From Macrostomum lignano (taxonomy: Eukaryota): a stretch of DNA of 64,000 bases. The stretch is taken from positions 1 through 64,000 of the forward strand of contig NIVC01003778.1 in assembly GCA_002269645.1 (NCBI GenBank). Reading direction: 5' to 3'. This document shows, one piece after another, positions 29,601-41,398 of the stretch (positions within the stretch are counted from its first letter, which is position 1; every line of letters starts with the position of its first letter). The position numbers were made by a program, and so were the translations under genes. The notes beneath the pieces were generated by a model. The model worked only from the letters and a program-made list of their open reading frames with translations. It did no database searches and was not told where the DNA came from.

Positions 29601-31241
29601 TTAAGACTAATTGCATGTAGGTACATGTATTACCGTATGTCACACGCTAAATGAAGCTTCTAGTTCCTACTACATTCCAAACTTGTAAGTTATGAAAATT
29701 AATAAAAAAACAAAAGGTAGCGAAACACAAATGTATGTCAATATAAATGTCTCTACCGGTACAGCTATACGATGTCGGCGACGTCGCTGACAAACTCGTA
29801 TAAGTACTTTTGCATTACACTAGCTGCTGACGGATAGATTAGACAGGTTGTTAGCGAAAATTGGCGCTTGACTGCGAGAAAGACGTCATACGTCCACACT
29901 GAACGTCGGGTGTGTAAGGTCCATGTAAAAGTACATTGTTCGCAACGTTGATTAGAAGTCTGGAAAATCGACCAGCGGATAAAGACCGCATGACTATAAC
30001 GTACTGATCACGTCAACTAAAAAGGTGTTTCACCCGTGAAAAAGGTGAAGAACTCGCCAGTCGTGCTGGAGTGGAGATATGTACATACCTAATTATTTAT
30101 ACTACTACTTTACATGCAGTATATTGTAATCAAATCAAATAATCAAATCAAAAAAATCAAATAAAATAAAATAACCTGCATGTTTTAATCAATTAGATTG
30201 ATCTGCATGTTGATACGTCTGCATCGTGCAGCCTCACAAACTACTTAAGTGTAGTCTACTAAAAGTAGTTCATGTGCAGCCTATATTCAAGAACGATCAA
30301 ACATGTAAATAAGGATCTCGGTTTTACACGTTCACATTCATGCACTGCAAATGTACGCGTTGCATACATTTATTGTAACGCACGTAGAGATAGCGCCGCA
30401 CATTAAAAAATTGAAGGACAGTTTGATAGCATCCGTCTGTTAACGAATGCTGAAAGTCTTTTGATTCGGAGTGAGTAGCAACGTATATGAAAGAAAATTT
30501 CTACTTGTAATGTTAATGGCCTATGGCAACTAAACTCGGCAGTATGTTCGTTAAAACAAAAATAGTACATTTAAATGCATTATTTAAAGAAATTAGAACT
30601 TGTTTGTTGCCTAAAAAATAAGATAGCATTTTTTTCCCACACATAAAGAAAAAAACAACTTTAGCTATGTTTTTACCGCACTAAATTGACTTTCCTCTCG
30701 TGTTTTTTGTATAATATAATTACCAACAACCTGTGCCTAGGATTCATACGTATGCCTTTTAGAGGAATTAATATTTATATGTTTACACAAATTATTTTAG
30801 GTCAAAATTAAATGTTCTCTTAAATTTACATGTGTATTTTTTGTGCGCCCAAATTTGTACGCCGAAAATTGGCACGAATTCGTATGCAGAATGTGTAGTC
30901 ACTGTATACTGCTGTAGCCAGTGTAGGCCTATACCAACTTTGACTCTTTGAGACTCTGAGACTGAGTCTCTGAGACTAATGATGTTAGTCATTTTTAACA
31001 TTTGTACACTGGAAATTTCTAGCATACATGTAACTTTCCTAAGTGTGGCCTTTGTGCTTTAAAATATAAAATACCATACTCTATACTGATATGGCAGTCC
31101 TTAACTGGAATTATCCTTGGACTTTTTCTTTTTAATAGGCCTATGCTTTTGCATTTTTAGTCTGACAGCCCTAAAAATCTGTTTTGGGGCAATATGACCC
31201 TTGACCAAATTAAAAGCTAAAATCATTTTTATAAACAATAC

Positions 31242-31528
31242 CATACATGCGCAACAGTCGGCCGAGTCGGCCGATCCGGCCGACCGATTTGGCGGCCAAC
31301 CAAGGAAGTCGCAAAAATGCCGACCCGAAAAAACAGAGTAGTAGTACTAAGTAGCTGACGAGGCTTTATAATACAGTCATAGTTACTCCTGCCGTTTACC
31401 CAAAGTTGCGTTAATTTTGCTTTCGAGTTTTTTTACATGTAAGTGGCATTTTTGGCCAAAAACTACGTCGCATTTTTGTTAAAACTAAGTCGCACGGCCG
31501 ACCGAATTTTGGAGGTTGCGCATGTATG
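31242..31528. mobile_element. hAT-type MITE, 287 bp, perfect 14-bp TIR and 8-bp TSD
   Basis: TIRs CATACATGCGCAAC (31242-31255) and GTTGCGCATGTATG (31515-31528). AACAATAC is duplicated at 31234-31241 and 31529-31536. Subterminal TCGGCCGA repeats. Confidence 0.92.
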
Positions 31529-31624
31529 AACAATACCTAACCAAGGCATATAGCTATATTGGCTTAAATTCATTTTAGAAAAATTATAATATAATCTTAA
31601 AAAGTCTAGGGCCTGCACAATAAG

Positions 31625-33551
31625 CAGTGTTGGGCACCATTAATAAAAATCTTAATTCTTAATTTTGTTAAGTTGACTAAAAGTTAATTGATAACAGATA
31701 ATTGTTAATAAGCATTAATCCATTAAAATTAACACAGAAAATATAGAAATCTAGCACTTTTTTACAAAACACACTTTACAATGCACTGTCTTTGCTTTTC
31801 CATCTTTTTAGTGAAACATGGAGGTCATCTAAGTGATTTGCAAGCTTAAAAGTGATAAATATTAATTTAAAAAACTTGTACATATTATAATACTAAAAGT
31901 AAGCATAGGCCTACTATAAAAGAATTAACTTATTCATTTGAAACTTGAAGCTAAATAGGATACAAATACAAATACAAATACAAAGGTTGTTTTAGTAGCA
32001 TTAGTAGGCATAGCAGAAAGTTACAAAAGATTGAGAAAGAAATGAATAAAATCAATCGATGCTCACGGACAAGCAATAACGTTCACAATTGTAATTCATT
32101 ATTAAAGTTCATTTATCTGTTAGTTCAAAAAATCCTAACGGCAGTCTAATAATGTTAATGAAAAATCTTAATGCTTATTCTTAGTCAATTAGTTCACTAG
32201 ATAGCCAATAGGTTTATAGAACAAAGTTATTAGATTGCAATAATTTTGAAATGTTATAAAAAGACCAAAGCCAAGATGCTTAGTAAAATTCCTATAAATA
32301 TTCAATTTAATTTAATACTTAAAACTTAAGCATTGATCTCTATTTTTTAATGCAAAACTCTATTCGAATACAATTTCAGATCCAGCAGATGTGCAGCATA
32401 AGGTTAATAAATATTATGCTTAGGCATAATAAATCTTATATATAAATCTAATTAATTTTACAATCAATAGTATAGCTTGGCACCCAGGGTCCAGATTGTG
32501 TAGTACTAGTATACATAGGAACAAGAATCCTATATCAGGTAAATGTAGGCCAGTATACACCAAAAAACAAAAAAGCCCTAAAATGTAAGCCAAAAATTCT
32601 TCCTAAAAAGTCATTTAGTTTTCATAAGTTGAGTTTCCTAAGAAAGGCTTTTGTATGAAAAGTCTTTAAAATATTATAAATATCTTCATTTTAAACAAAC
32701 TTAAATTATACCTATAGAAAGAATGATGAAAAGTGTTTGTTTTTATTGTTATAAAAATAAAGTAAAGAATAACAATTTTTAACCATAATTAGTGTAGGTA
32801 AAACTTTTGTTTTAAAAGAATATACTATAAAAAGTAGGCATATTATAAGCAACTTTATTTTTTATATCATTTTTTAAAAGTTAAACTGAAGTTGAGAAAT
32901 TTTTATTGTAGCTCTTGATTCTTAAATATTGAGTTAAGTCAAGTAGTTAATAAGAATAAATAGCAGTAAATGTCTTTCAAATGTTTCATTATATTTACAT
33001 TTTATGTTTTTAAATTATATATTTATGTTTATAGGTTATAGCATATAAATTTTACATAAGCATTGCATATAAGTATCACTTTGATTCATTTTCCTTTCTA
33101 ATCTTTTTTAACTTTCTACTGCACTTGCTAGTGCTATCGAATGAAATTTCCTGTTCATATTTTATTAGTAATTAATTAGCTTTCTAGTTTAAAATAAATA
33201 AGTTAGTTATTTTATTTATCTATTCTTAGTAATATTTTTATACACATATTTACTTTTAATTTGTTTCTTTTTAGCTTGTAAATTGCTTGGATGACCTCTC
33301 TTTTTTGGCTAAAAAGATGTTAAATGCAGACAGTGGTATTATGAAGTTTGCTTTGAAAAGAAGGGCAAAATTCCCATACTTTCTATGTTAACATTAATGT
33401 ATTAATGCTTATTAATGATTATCAGTAACTTTTAGTCAACTTAAATGAAATTGAGAGTTAACAAGTTAAGATTCTTTGTTTTAATGCTAATGCTTTTGCT
33501 CTTAATGTAAGTTAAGGTTTTCATTAACAGTGGCTATTATTACTCAACTTG
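31625..33551. mobile_element. Degenerate ~1.9-kb AT-rich non-autonomous DNA transposon (hAT-like)
   Basis: Inverted subterminal matches: 31668-31685 vs 33427-33444 (18 bp) and 31705-31719 vs 33401-33415 (15 bp). Ends are CAGTGTTGGG and TACTCAACTTG. No TSD. Confidence 0.5.
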
Positions 33552-33974
33552 ATCTTAGGTTAAAACTTTGCTTTGTTTTGGATTCTAAAACCTCATGCTA
33601 ATATATAATACCTAATACCTAACCTAATAGCTCATGATAAACCCTAACCCACTAGACAATAAAAACTGTGCAAACACCATAATAATGCTTGTGGAACTAA
33701 ACTATACATTCTTAAAAATGAATATTCTATTTACACAATGGTTTATTTTTATGCTGAAGACAGATTTTTGGTCCAATATGCCTATCTTCAGAAAGATTGT
33801 GTTTAGAAATTGATTGTTGCTTAATTAACTTATTCTGTATTTGACCAGATCTAAGATCACAATCAATAGTAATTGTATTTTGATCATTCTAATTCATGAA
33901 ACCAATCAGATATTACAGACAATATCAGTTATGCCTGCAGAGATTCAAAAACTAAAAAGCCACTCGCTATAAAA

Positions 33975-35582
33975 ATGACTGAAGCACATTCTCTGCTAGA
34001 GATACAGCGCACAGCTGCCGCTGAAGCTGAAGCTAAATTAGTAGAAATAGATAGTCAACTGGAGAAATATTCTGCACTGGAGAAGCGCCTTGCTGAAGTT
34101 TCAAGCAGATTTCGCTCTGAACAATTATTAACATTGTCGCCTGGTTGCTTAGCTAAAGGCACAGTGCTGCACTGTTGCGAAGTTACTATTCGACTTGGCT
34201 GTGACTATTATGCTGAGACTTCTGCAGTGAATGCATTGAAAATTGTTCAACTAAGATGCGATCGATTGAGAGCTAGCAGGAATTTGTTTCTGGTGCGTTC
34301 ATCTCTTTGTTTCTTTTGTAATTTAGGGTTTAAAATAGCAAGCACTAGTTACTGCTAATATTAAATTCTTGGTCATCAGATCTGACTGAGTCATTCCTCT
34401 TGAAAATGGTAGATTTGGGCTGATATTGGGCAATGATGGCACCTCATTTGCACCTGACTTGTCCCGATGGGCTGAGTCCTAGCTCCTAACTCTCACTTCA
34501 CCTTAAATTACATGTGTGCCATTTAAAAGTGGCCGGGTGATTCTGAAAACTGATCATGCCGCACAGGGAGCCCGAGAATTTCCAGAAGACAGATGTAGCT
34601 CATAGATAAACCCATGTATGTAAATATAAATAAATAACATACAAGTATTTAATATGCAGTTACCATCGAAACGTTTTGATCGGGTAAATCTTTTATTAAG
34701 ACACTAAGCGTTGGGGGGGGGGGCAATGCAGAAAAAATCTGCCTCATAGCAAAATGACAAATCTTGGCGGGCAATTCTCATGGACCCCGCCATACATGCA
34801 TACTATTCTGACCCTTAACTAGAATGCAGTGAAAACTCAGACATGTTAACTCAAGCGTAAACAATTAACAACACAAAACGCAGGCTCGCCAATCTAGCGC
34901 GATGGAGAACTGTCGCCTACTAGAAGATCTAGGCGCCACAGAAGCTGGCGGCGATATTCGAGAACAGTGGACAAATGAATCTGAAGCCGATTGGGCTATC
35001 AAGCATCGTCAGGCAGTTCGACAACAGAAAATTGAAGAGCGAGAACAGCGAGTGAAAGATTGCGAAGCAACCGGTGCAGTTGATGATGCTAAAATTTGGG
35101 CCCGTCTCGACGAACTTGAGCTTCAAGAAGCGCTCGAAGAACAAGGATTAACAGACACGCCGATTAGTAAGTTGAAGTCAAGCAAGTCGGTTAGTTTCGC
35201 CCAGCCAGACGAGAATGATAGTCGGACTTACCGGCCTAGCGAGCCGCCTAATGCTGAAGCTATGCGTCAGAGGACAATCAATTTTAGACACAGTAGAGCA
35301 AGACTTGGTCAGACTAAAGCTGCCGACTGTGATGATGTTGACTCCACTGGCGATTGCAGCGAAGCGTCAGTCGCGCCGCTGTACACTAGTCCAGCCGATA
35401 TTGGTGCTCCTGAGCGGCTGAAACGACAAGCCTTAAGTCAGAGTCAAGCGCCGGCAGTTAAAGATCGAGTTGTTGAAGCCAATATTGCCACTGCTGCTAA
35501 TGCTCATCAATCAATTTCCGAATCCAATAGCCAACGCCCAATGTCGAAATTTCGACAGCAACGTTTGTTAGGGAAACGTTGA
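33975..35582 (+). CDS. URI1: Unconventional prefoldin RPB5 interactor (URI1/RMP/Bud27-like), 2 exons, ~338 aa
   Basis: Exon 33975-34292 has a prefoldin-alpha-like GCLAKGTVLHCCEVTIRLGCDYYAETS and a GTGCGT donor. Exon 34884-35582 has DIRE..KHRQA, WARLDELELQE and a C-terminal MSKFRQQR motif. AATAAA at 35705. Confidence 0.82.
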
Positions 35583-36151
35583 ACTGAGTGTAATTGACTG
35601 AATTGATTTATTTTTGTCTGTTAGCTACTGAATCCGTTGTATTTATGTAATTATTGGAGCGCATTTTAAGACGATTGAAACAATTTCTTCCTTGTTTGTT
35701 ATTAAATAAATGTTAAGGTGATTGTGTTTACTTTTTGAAAGATTTTCTTAGTTACTCTTTGTATCAATATTTTCCGCGATATAGCGTAAAAAAGATAATA
35801 GTGCAACTTGTAATGACTCATGAGTCAGGCAGTGTTTGTGGCGTTCAAGAAATAAGGTGTTCATCCTCCAAGTAGGGTGAGACAATATTTGTATGTTTGG
35901 AAGCGATCTGATTGCAACGTGCACAAGAGCTGCGTGCCTTACGTACATAAGTTGAGTAGCTACATGTACTTACTAATACAATGTACAAGCTTGCACTGGC
36001 CAGAGTGGCATTACACAACTTTACTAATAGCTCGTTTTAGTTGTAGCACACTGCATTTTTTAGTTTATTGAAGTTTGTCCTGTATTATTAAATAGTTTTG
36101 TAACTAACTGTACGAATTTATCAAATCGATTCTTTCTGACGATGCATTCAA

Positions 36152-38218
36152 ATGGAGCTTAATGTGCCCTATCAAAAGTTACAGGAGAGATTTGGAGACA
36201 ACGACTTTGTTAAAGCTTTAAACGAAGGCTACTGCACTCTGTCGGATGGCTTCCTTACTAGAGAAGTTCGTTTTGTGCTTCAGAAATGCTTGACTGCGGA
36301 ATTTCTCAACAGCCTCAATGAGCTAGACTTTAGCGATAGTTTCACTGCCGCCTTCATCTTTCAGCAGGACTGGCGTATAGGCGATTTTTTTGACAAGTTT
36401 AATTCCGAATTGAAAGCGTACTTCGACAAAGAAAGTACCATACTGTCCGGTATTAATCAAGACGGTGCCGAGAGCGAGGTGAGACTCTACGAAGTTGAAG
36501 ATCGGTATCATCGGTTGTCGAAGGAGTTTTCTAAGTACTATAGTCAAGAATTGGATGGAAGATGGAATTTTTTAAAACTAATTAACAATGTTTTCAAGTT
36601 CGAATCTCAGCTGTTAAATTCAAGTCGCGACGAATTGCAAAGTCGATCAGCCAAGAAGAGGCATGTCTCATCCGCTCTGTCCAGCGATTCGAAAAGTCTT
36701 GTAGCTAGCAAGGTTGCTCGGCTGTGCGAGCCTTGTATGGTTGGCAGAGGCCCACAGCTAGAAAAAACGTTGGGTTACTTGAAAACTGTTTGCCTCACGC
36801 CAGACCGAGCTCAAAAGCAGATTGATGGAGTGTCAACTCTTGTAAATGAATTTCTTGCTTTGTCTCATCGCGTTTCTGCTATCAACAATTGCTTGGATTA
36901 TCAGAATCTGTTAGAACTGGAGAAGAAAGCTCCATTAGAGCTTGTTTATCGGACCTGCTCACAGTTTGAGCAAAGTGGTATGCTTAAAAAGCTTGCAGAC
37001 CCGATGAAGAAATTGCTACACAACTCCTTAGTGATTGAGGAACATGCTCGAGTCGTCCGAGTCGGGTCTAGCACTGCTGGTAAATACTTAAAGCTCCGCG
37101 TGCGACCACTCTTTGCCAAGTTCTTCCAAGTCGTACTAGGCGTTGAACGCGACGGTGATTTGCGCATCGCTGTATTGTCTGCTAAGACTGCGCATAACTT
37201 TGAAGACTTGTCGATGGAGGCCTTGTGCAATGCGGAGCAGTTAACTAAAAATCTACTGGGTTCCAGCTCAATTGACTGGGATGGAAATACTGCCAAACTG
37301 TCGCTTCGCTTCGAAAATCGGCCGCAGTCATCTAGCAGCGAATCAAAGCCTACTCAGGCCTTTGTACTTTGCGTATTTTTCTTGACGCAACCAAACCCAG
37401 GTGGACTGTTGCCGGAGCAAACAGTCGTCTCGTGCTTGTCCAAGCCAATCGTTTTCATTACGAACGACATCCAGCGCTCGGAGGCTACGGCCGCTATTGA
37501 ATGGTACGCTTCGGATCGTCCAGTCTACCCAATAGTTGCCGGAGCTCCCAAGCCGCTGACGCTTGATGAAGTAGTTTATCTAATCCAAAATTACATCCTT
37601 CGAAAAACTAAGCATCAAATCAATGCTGATAGTATTGCGTACTTCCGTGAAAAATGCCGTCTATTGTTATCAGCCGGCGATAGAGTAGTATTTAAAGATT
37701 TTATTAAAAAACCTATCATTGGAAGTGTGAGCAGTGGTGAGATCAAGCCTCGGTCACTGTGGGAATTCGCATTCTGTTGCGTGAATTTTGTCTTAAATAG
37801 CAAATATCTGTGCAAGGCGATGTTCTCTAACGGACTCGTGTATGGATTTGTAACGCGAGACAAAGCCGATGAACTCCTGAGATCGAATCCGCACCACCCG
37901 AACTCGCTTGCTCTGTTACGGTTCTCAGAGACCATGGCAACCGTTACCGTGGCGATATGGCGTAACGGTGAAACAATGCACGAAGTGCCAAAGCCGAAGA
38001 AGCATTTTGACAATACTTCGGTGCCTGAGTTTTGTTACACTCCGATTCAACAAGAAAGCGTGCTCAAATATGACGGCACGTTCGCTACCCCGCATGAGCT
38101 GAGCTCGTACTTTCCAAAGGATAGCTATATACCTGGCTACGTTGCGATCAGCAGAGACATGGACTTATTAAGCCTTTGCAGCGGTGAAATACCTGACGAT
38201 TATATTTTTAGTACTTGA
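36152..38218 (+). CDS. STAT: Divergent STAT-family transcription factor, single exon, 688 aa
   Basis: DNA-binding-domain motifs LVIEEHARVV..LRVRPL and SKPIVFITNDIQ..AAIEWY (compare STAT SLPVVVISNVSQ..SILWY), linker LWEF, SH2 GLVYGFVTRDKADELL..ALLRFSE (Arg590), and tail PGYV (Tyr663). Confidence 0.85.
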   Translation: MELNVPYQKLQERFGDNDFVKALNEGYCTLSDGFLTREVRFVLQKCLTAEFLNSLNELDFSDSFTAAFIFQQDWRIGDFFDKFNSELKAYFDKESTILSGINQDGAESEVRLYEVEDRYHRLSKEFSKYYSQELDGRWNFLKLINNVFKFESQLLNSSRDELQSRSAKKRHVSSALSSDSKSLVASKVARLCEPCMVGRGPQLEKTLGYLKTVCLTPDRAQKQIDGVSTLVNEFLALSHRVSAINNCLDYQNLLELEKKAPLELVYRTCSQFEQSGMLKKLADPMKKLLHNSLVIEEHARVVRVGSSTAGKYLKLRVRPLFAKFFQVVLGVERDGDLRIAVLSAKTAHNFEDLSMEALCNAEQLTKNLLGSSSIDWDGNTAKLSLRFENRPQSSSSESKPTQAFVLCVFFLTQPNPGGLLPEQTVVSCLSKPIVFITNDIQRSEATAAIEWYASDRPVYPIVAGAPKPLTLDEVVYLIQNYILRKTKHQINADSIAYFREKCRLLLSAGDRVVFKDFIKKPIIGSVSSGEIKPRSLWEFAFCCVNFVLNSKYLCKAMFSNGLVYGFVTRDKADELLRSNPHHPNSLALLRFSETMATVTVAIWRNGETMHEVPKPKKHFDNTSVPEFCYTPIQQESVLKYDGTFATPHELSSYFPKDSYIPGYVAISRDMDLLSLCSGEIPDDYIFST

Positions 38219-38865
38219 CTTGGCTTATCAACAATGTTTAATCGTTTTAGTAAGCCTATTTTCGTATGAAAATTGTTTTACGAGCGTAAAAGGGTTTTGT
38301 AAATCGCATTGATGAGAACACTTAAAAGTTGTGCATTTCTCTGCCTATATCTGCTCACAACCAAATTAACTCCAAGTCAGTTCAGAGCATACAATTGTTG
38401 ACTCTTCGGGGTTTTTAATATATTATTTTCTACGTATCAAGCGAACTCAGTCTACTAGCAAACTCAGTCACAGAAGATGTCTAATTAAATAGCGTAGTAT
38501 TTTTAACGCCGCTGCATTAACTCTGCGAATGTACTTTGTCTTAGTTGGTTATGACTTTAGCATCTAAATAATTGGTTTCACGTCTTAACAGAGTCTAAAT
38601 ACGATTTTAATTTCATGAGTAAAACTACGAGTATTTCGATTTATTAAAAAACGGGCAAAAATAGAACCATTAAACTGTTATTCAATTTCCTTTTTCCAAC
38701 AAAACCGAAGTGCAACTCTTTGTAATGTACTTTGCATGATGCATCATCACACTCTACTAATTTCTCATAATCGTTCAAAACTGCCGTTGTGCCGTGGAAC
38801 GGAGATCATGCTATTGTAAATGTATTAAACTTGGCTCCTATTTTAAATTTCTTTATGCTGCTTTT

Positions 38866-39060
38866 CTAATCACGAATATCATCTTCTAATCACGAGTATC
38901 ATCTAATCACGAATATCATCTTCTAATCACGAATATCATCTTCTAATCACGAATATTATTTAATCACGAATATCATCTTCTTATCACGAAAATTATTTAA
39001 TCACGAAGATACGGCTCGTAATTTTCTAATCACACGATTTTCTAATAACGAATATAACCA
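38866..39060. repeat. ~18-21-bp degenerate repeat (TCTAATCACGAATATCATCT)
   Basis: About 9 copies of the TAATCACGAA core. Confidence 0.8.
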
Positions 39061-39519
39061 TTTAATTTTCTAATCGCAAATATAAAATCCTAAATACGTT
39101 TTTTTATATTGGTTCACGCTTCGCAAAAAACTGAAAAAGTTTTAACTTAATCCGATTGCCCAGTTAACTTATGCCCCTCCACTTGTAAACTGATTGGTGC
39201 TTTACAACTTTTTTGAATTATACTTAAAAAAACTATTACCAGGGATTAATAAGATTCTTATCGTTCTTATCGACTTTCGTATCTAAGAGTTGTTTTATTT
39301 TAATATATTCAATTCTAATTACGACATATGACATACGATGCGAGTGATACTTTATGCCTGCTACCTGTCGTTGGTGAAATTTTCTTGCGTTTTCTAAAAG
39401 TTTTTTGTTACATTCTCAGGAGTTATTTAATTGAAGCAGTTTAGACTAAATTTTTACGAGCTAGTATATTGGAAGTGCTCGGGGTTAGGGTTTCGGTATA
39501 ACTTAATACTGCCCCTTAT

Positions 39520-41300
39520 CACAGTTCCCCCTTCTCCAGTGCCCCCCCCCCCAGTCTCCATAGTTCCCCCTTCTTCAGTGCCCCCCAGTCTCCACAGTTC
39601 CCCCTTCTCCAGTACCCCCCCCCCCAGTCTCCACAGTTCCCCCTTCTCCGGTGCCCCCCCCCCCAGTCTCCACAGTTCCCCCTTCTTCAGTGCCCCCCAG
39701 TCTCCACAGTTCCCCCTTCTCCAGTACCCCCCCCCAGTCTCCACAGTTCCCCCTTCTCCGGTGCCCCCCCAGTCTCCACAGTTCCCCTTCTTCAGTGCCC
39801 CCCAGTCTCCACAGTTCCCCCTTCTCCAGTACCCCCCCCAGTCTCCACAGTTCCCCCTTCTCCGGTGCCCCCCCCAGTCTCCACAGTTCCCCCTTCTCCG
39901 GTGCCCCCCAGTCTCCACAGTTCCCCCTTCTCCGGTGCCCCCCCCCCCAGTCTCCACAGTTCCCCCTTCTCCGGTGCCCCCCCCAGTCTCCACAGTTCCC
40001 CCTTCTCCGGTGCCCCCCAGTCTCCACAGTTCCCCTTCTCCAGTGCCCCCCTCCAGTCTCCACAGTTCCCCCTTCTCCAGTACCCCCCCCCAGTCTCCAC
40101 AGTTCCCCCTTCTCCGGTGCCCCCCCCCCAGTCTCCACAGTTCCCCCTTCTCCGGTGCCCCCCCCAGTCTCCACAGTTCCCCTTCTCCGGTGCCCCCCTC
40201 CAGTCTCCACAGTTCCCCCTTCTCCAGTGCCCCCCTCCAGTCTCCACAGTTCCCCCTTCTCCAGTGCCCCCCCCAGTCTCCACAGTTCCCCCTTCTCCGG
40301 TGCCCCCCAGTCTCCACAGTTCCCCCTTCTCCGGTGCCCCCCAGTCTCCACCCCCCCCCCCAGTCTCCACAGTTCCCCCTTCTCCGGTGCCCCCTCCAGT
40401 CTCCACAGTTCCCCTTCTCCAGTGCCCCCTCCAGTCTCCACAGTTCCCCCTTCTCCAGTACCCCCCCCCAGTCTCCACAGTTCCCCTTCTCCGGTGCCCC
40501 CCCCAGTCTCCACAGTTCCCCCTTCTCCGGTGCCCCCCCCCCCAGTCTCCACAGTTCCCCCTTCTCCGGTGCCCCCTCCAGTCTCCACAGTTCCCCCTTC
40601 TCCAGTGCCCCCCTCCAGTCTCCACAGTTCCCCCTTCTCCAGTGCCCCCCCCCCCCAGTCTCCACAGTTCCCCCTTCTCCGGTGCCCCCCAGTCTCCACA
40701 GTTCCCCCTTCTCCGGTGCCCCCCAGTCTCCACCCCCCCCCCCAGTCTCCACAGTTCCCCCTTCTCCGGTGCCCCTCCAGTCTCCACAGTTCCCCTTCTC
40801 CAGTGCCCCCCCCAGTCTCCACAGTTCCCCCTTCTCCAGTGCCCCCCTCCAGTCTCCACAGTTCCCCTTCTCCAGTGCCCCCAGTCTCCACAGTTCCCCC
40901 TTCTCCGGTGCCCCCCCAGTCTCCACCCCCCAGTCTCCACAGTTCCCCCTTCTCCAGTGCCCCCCCCCCAGTCTCCACAGTTCCCCCTTCTCCGGTGCCC
41001 CCCCAGTCTCCACAGTTCCCCCTTCTCCGGTGCCCCCCCCAGTCTCCACCCCCCCCCCTAGTCTCCACAGTTCCCCCTTCTCCAGGGCTCTTCTCTTCAC
41101 AGTGCCCCCGTCTCCCCAATGCTCTTCTCTTCGCAGTGCCCCCTTCTCTAGTGCTCTTCTCTTCACAGTGCCCCTTTCGTCACAGTGCCCCTTTCTTCAC
41201 AGTGCCCCCTTCTCTAGAGCCGCCTTCTCCACAGTTCCCCTTTTTTACAGTGCCCCGTCTCCTAAATGCCCCCTTCTCCTCATGGCCCCCTTAGACACAG
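39520..41300. repeat. C-rich ~33-37-bp minisatellite (CnAGTCTCCACAGTTCCCCCTTCTCCRGTGC) with variable C-runs, decaying at its 3' end
   Basis: Direct inspection. It gives the Pro-rich and Gly-rich pseudo-ORFs. Confidence 0.95.
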
Positions 41301-41398
41301 TGCCACATTCTCCCCAATGCCTCCTTTCCGCAGTTGTTTGCAAAGACGAAGCCAAATGCCAAATGACACTATTTATTTTTTCTATCAAATTTCATGCC

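Noticed and set aside
33630-33655. Telomere-like ACCCTAACCC
   Set aside because: Fewer than two full units, so compatible with chance.
39431-41398. 806-aa Pro-rich ORF fused to RNASEH2C (extensin-like)
   Set aside because: The Pro-rich part is an indel-ridden C-rich minisatellite; only the last ~150 codons look like protein.
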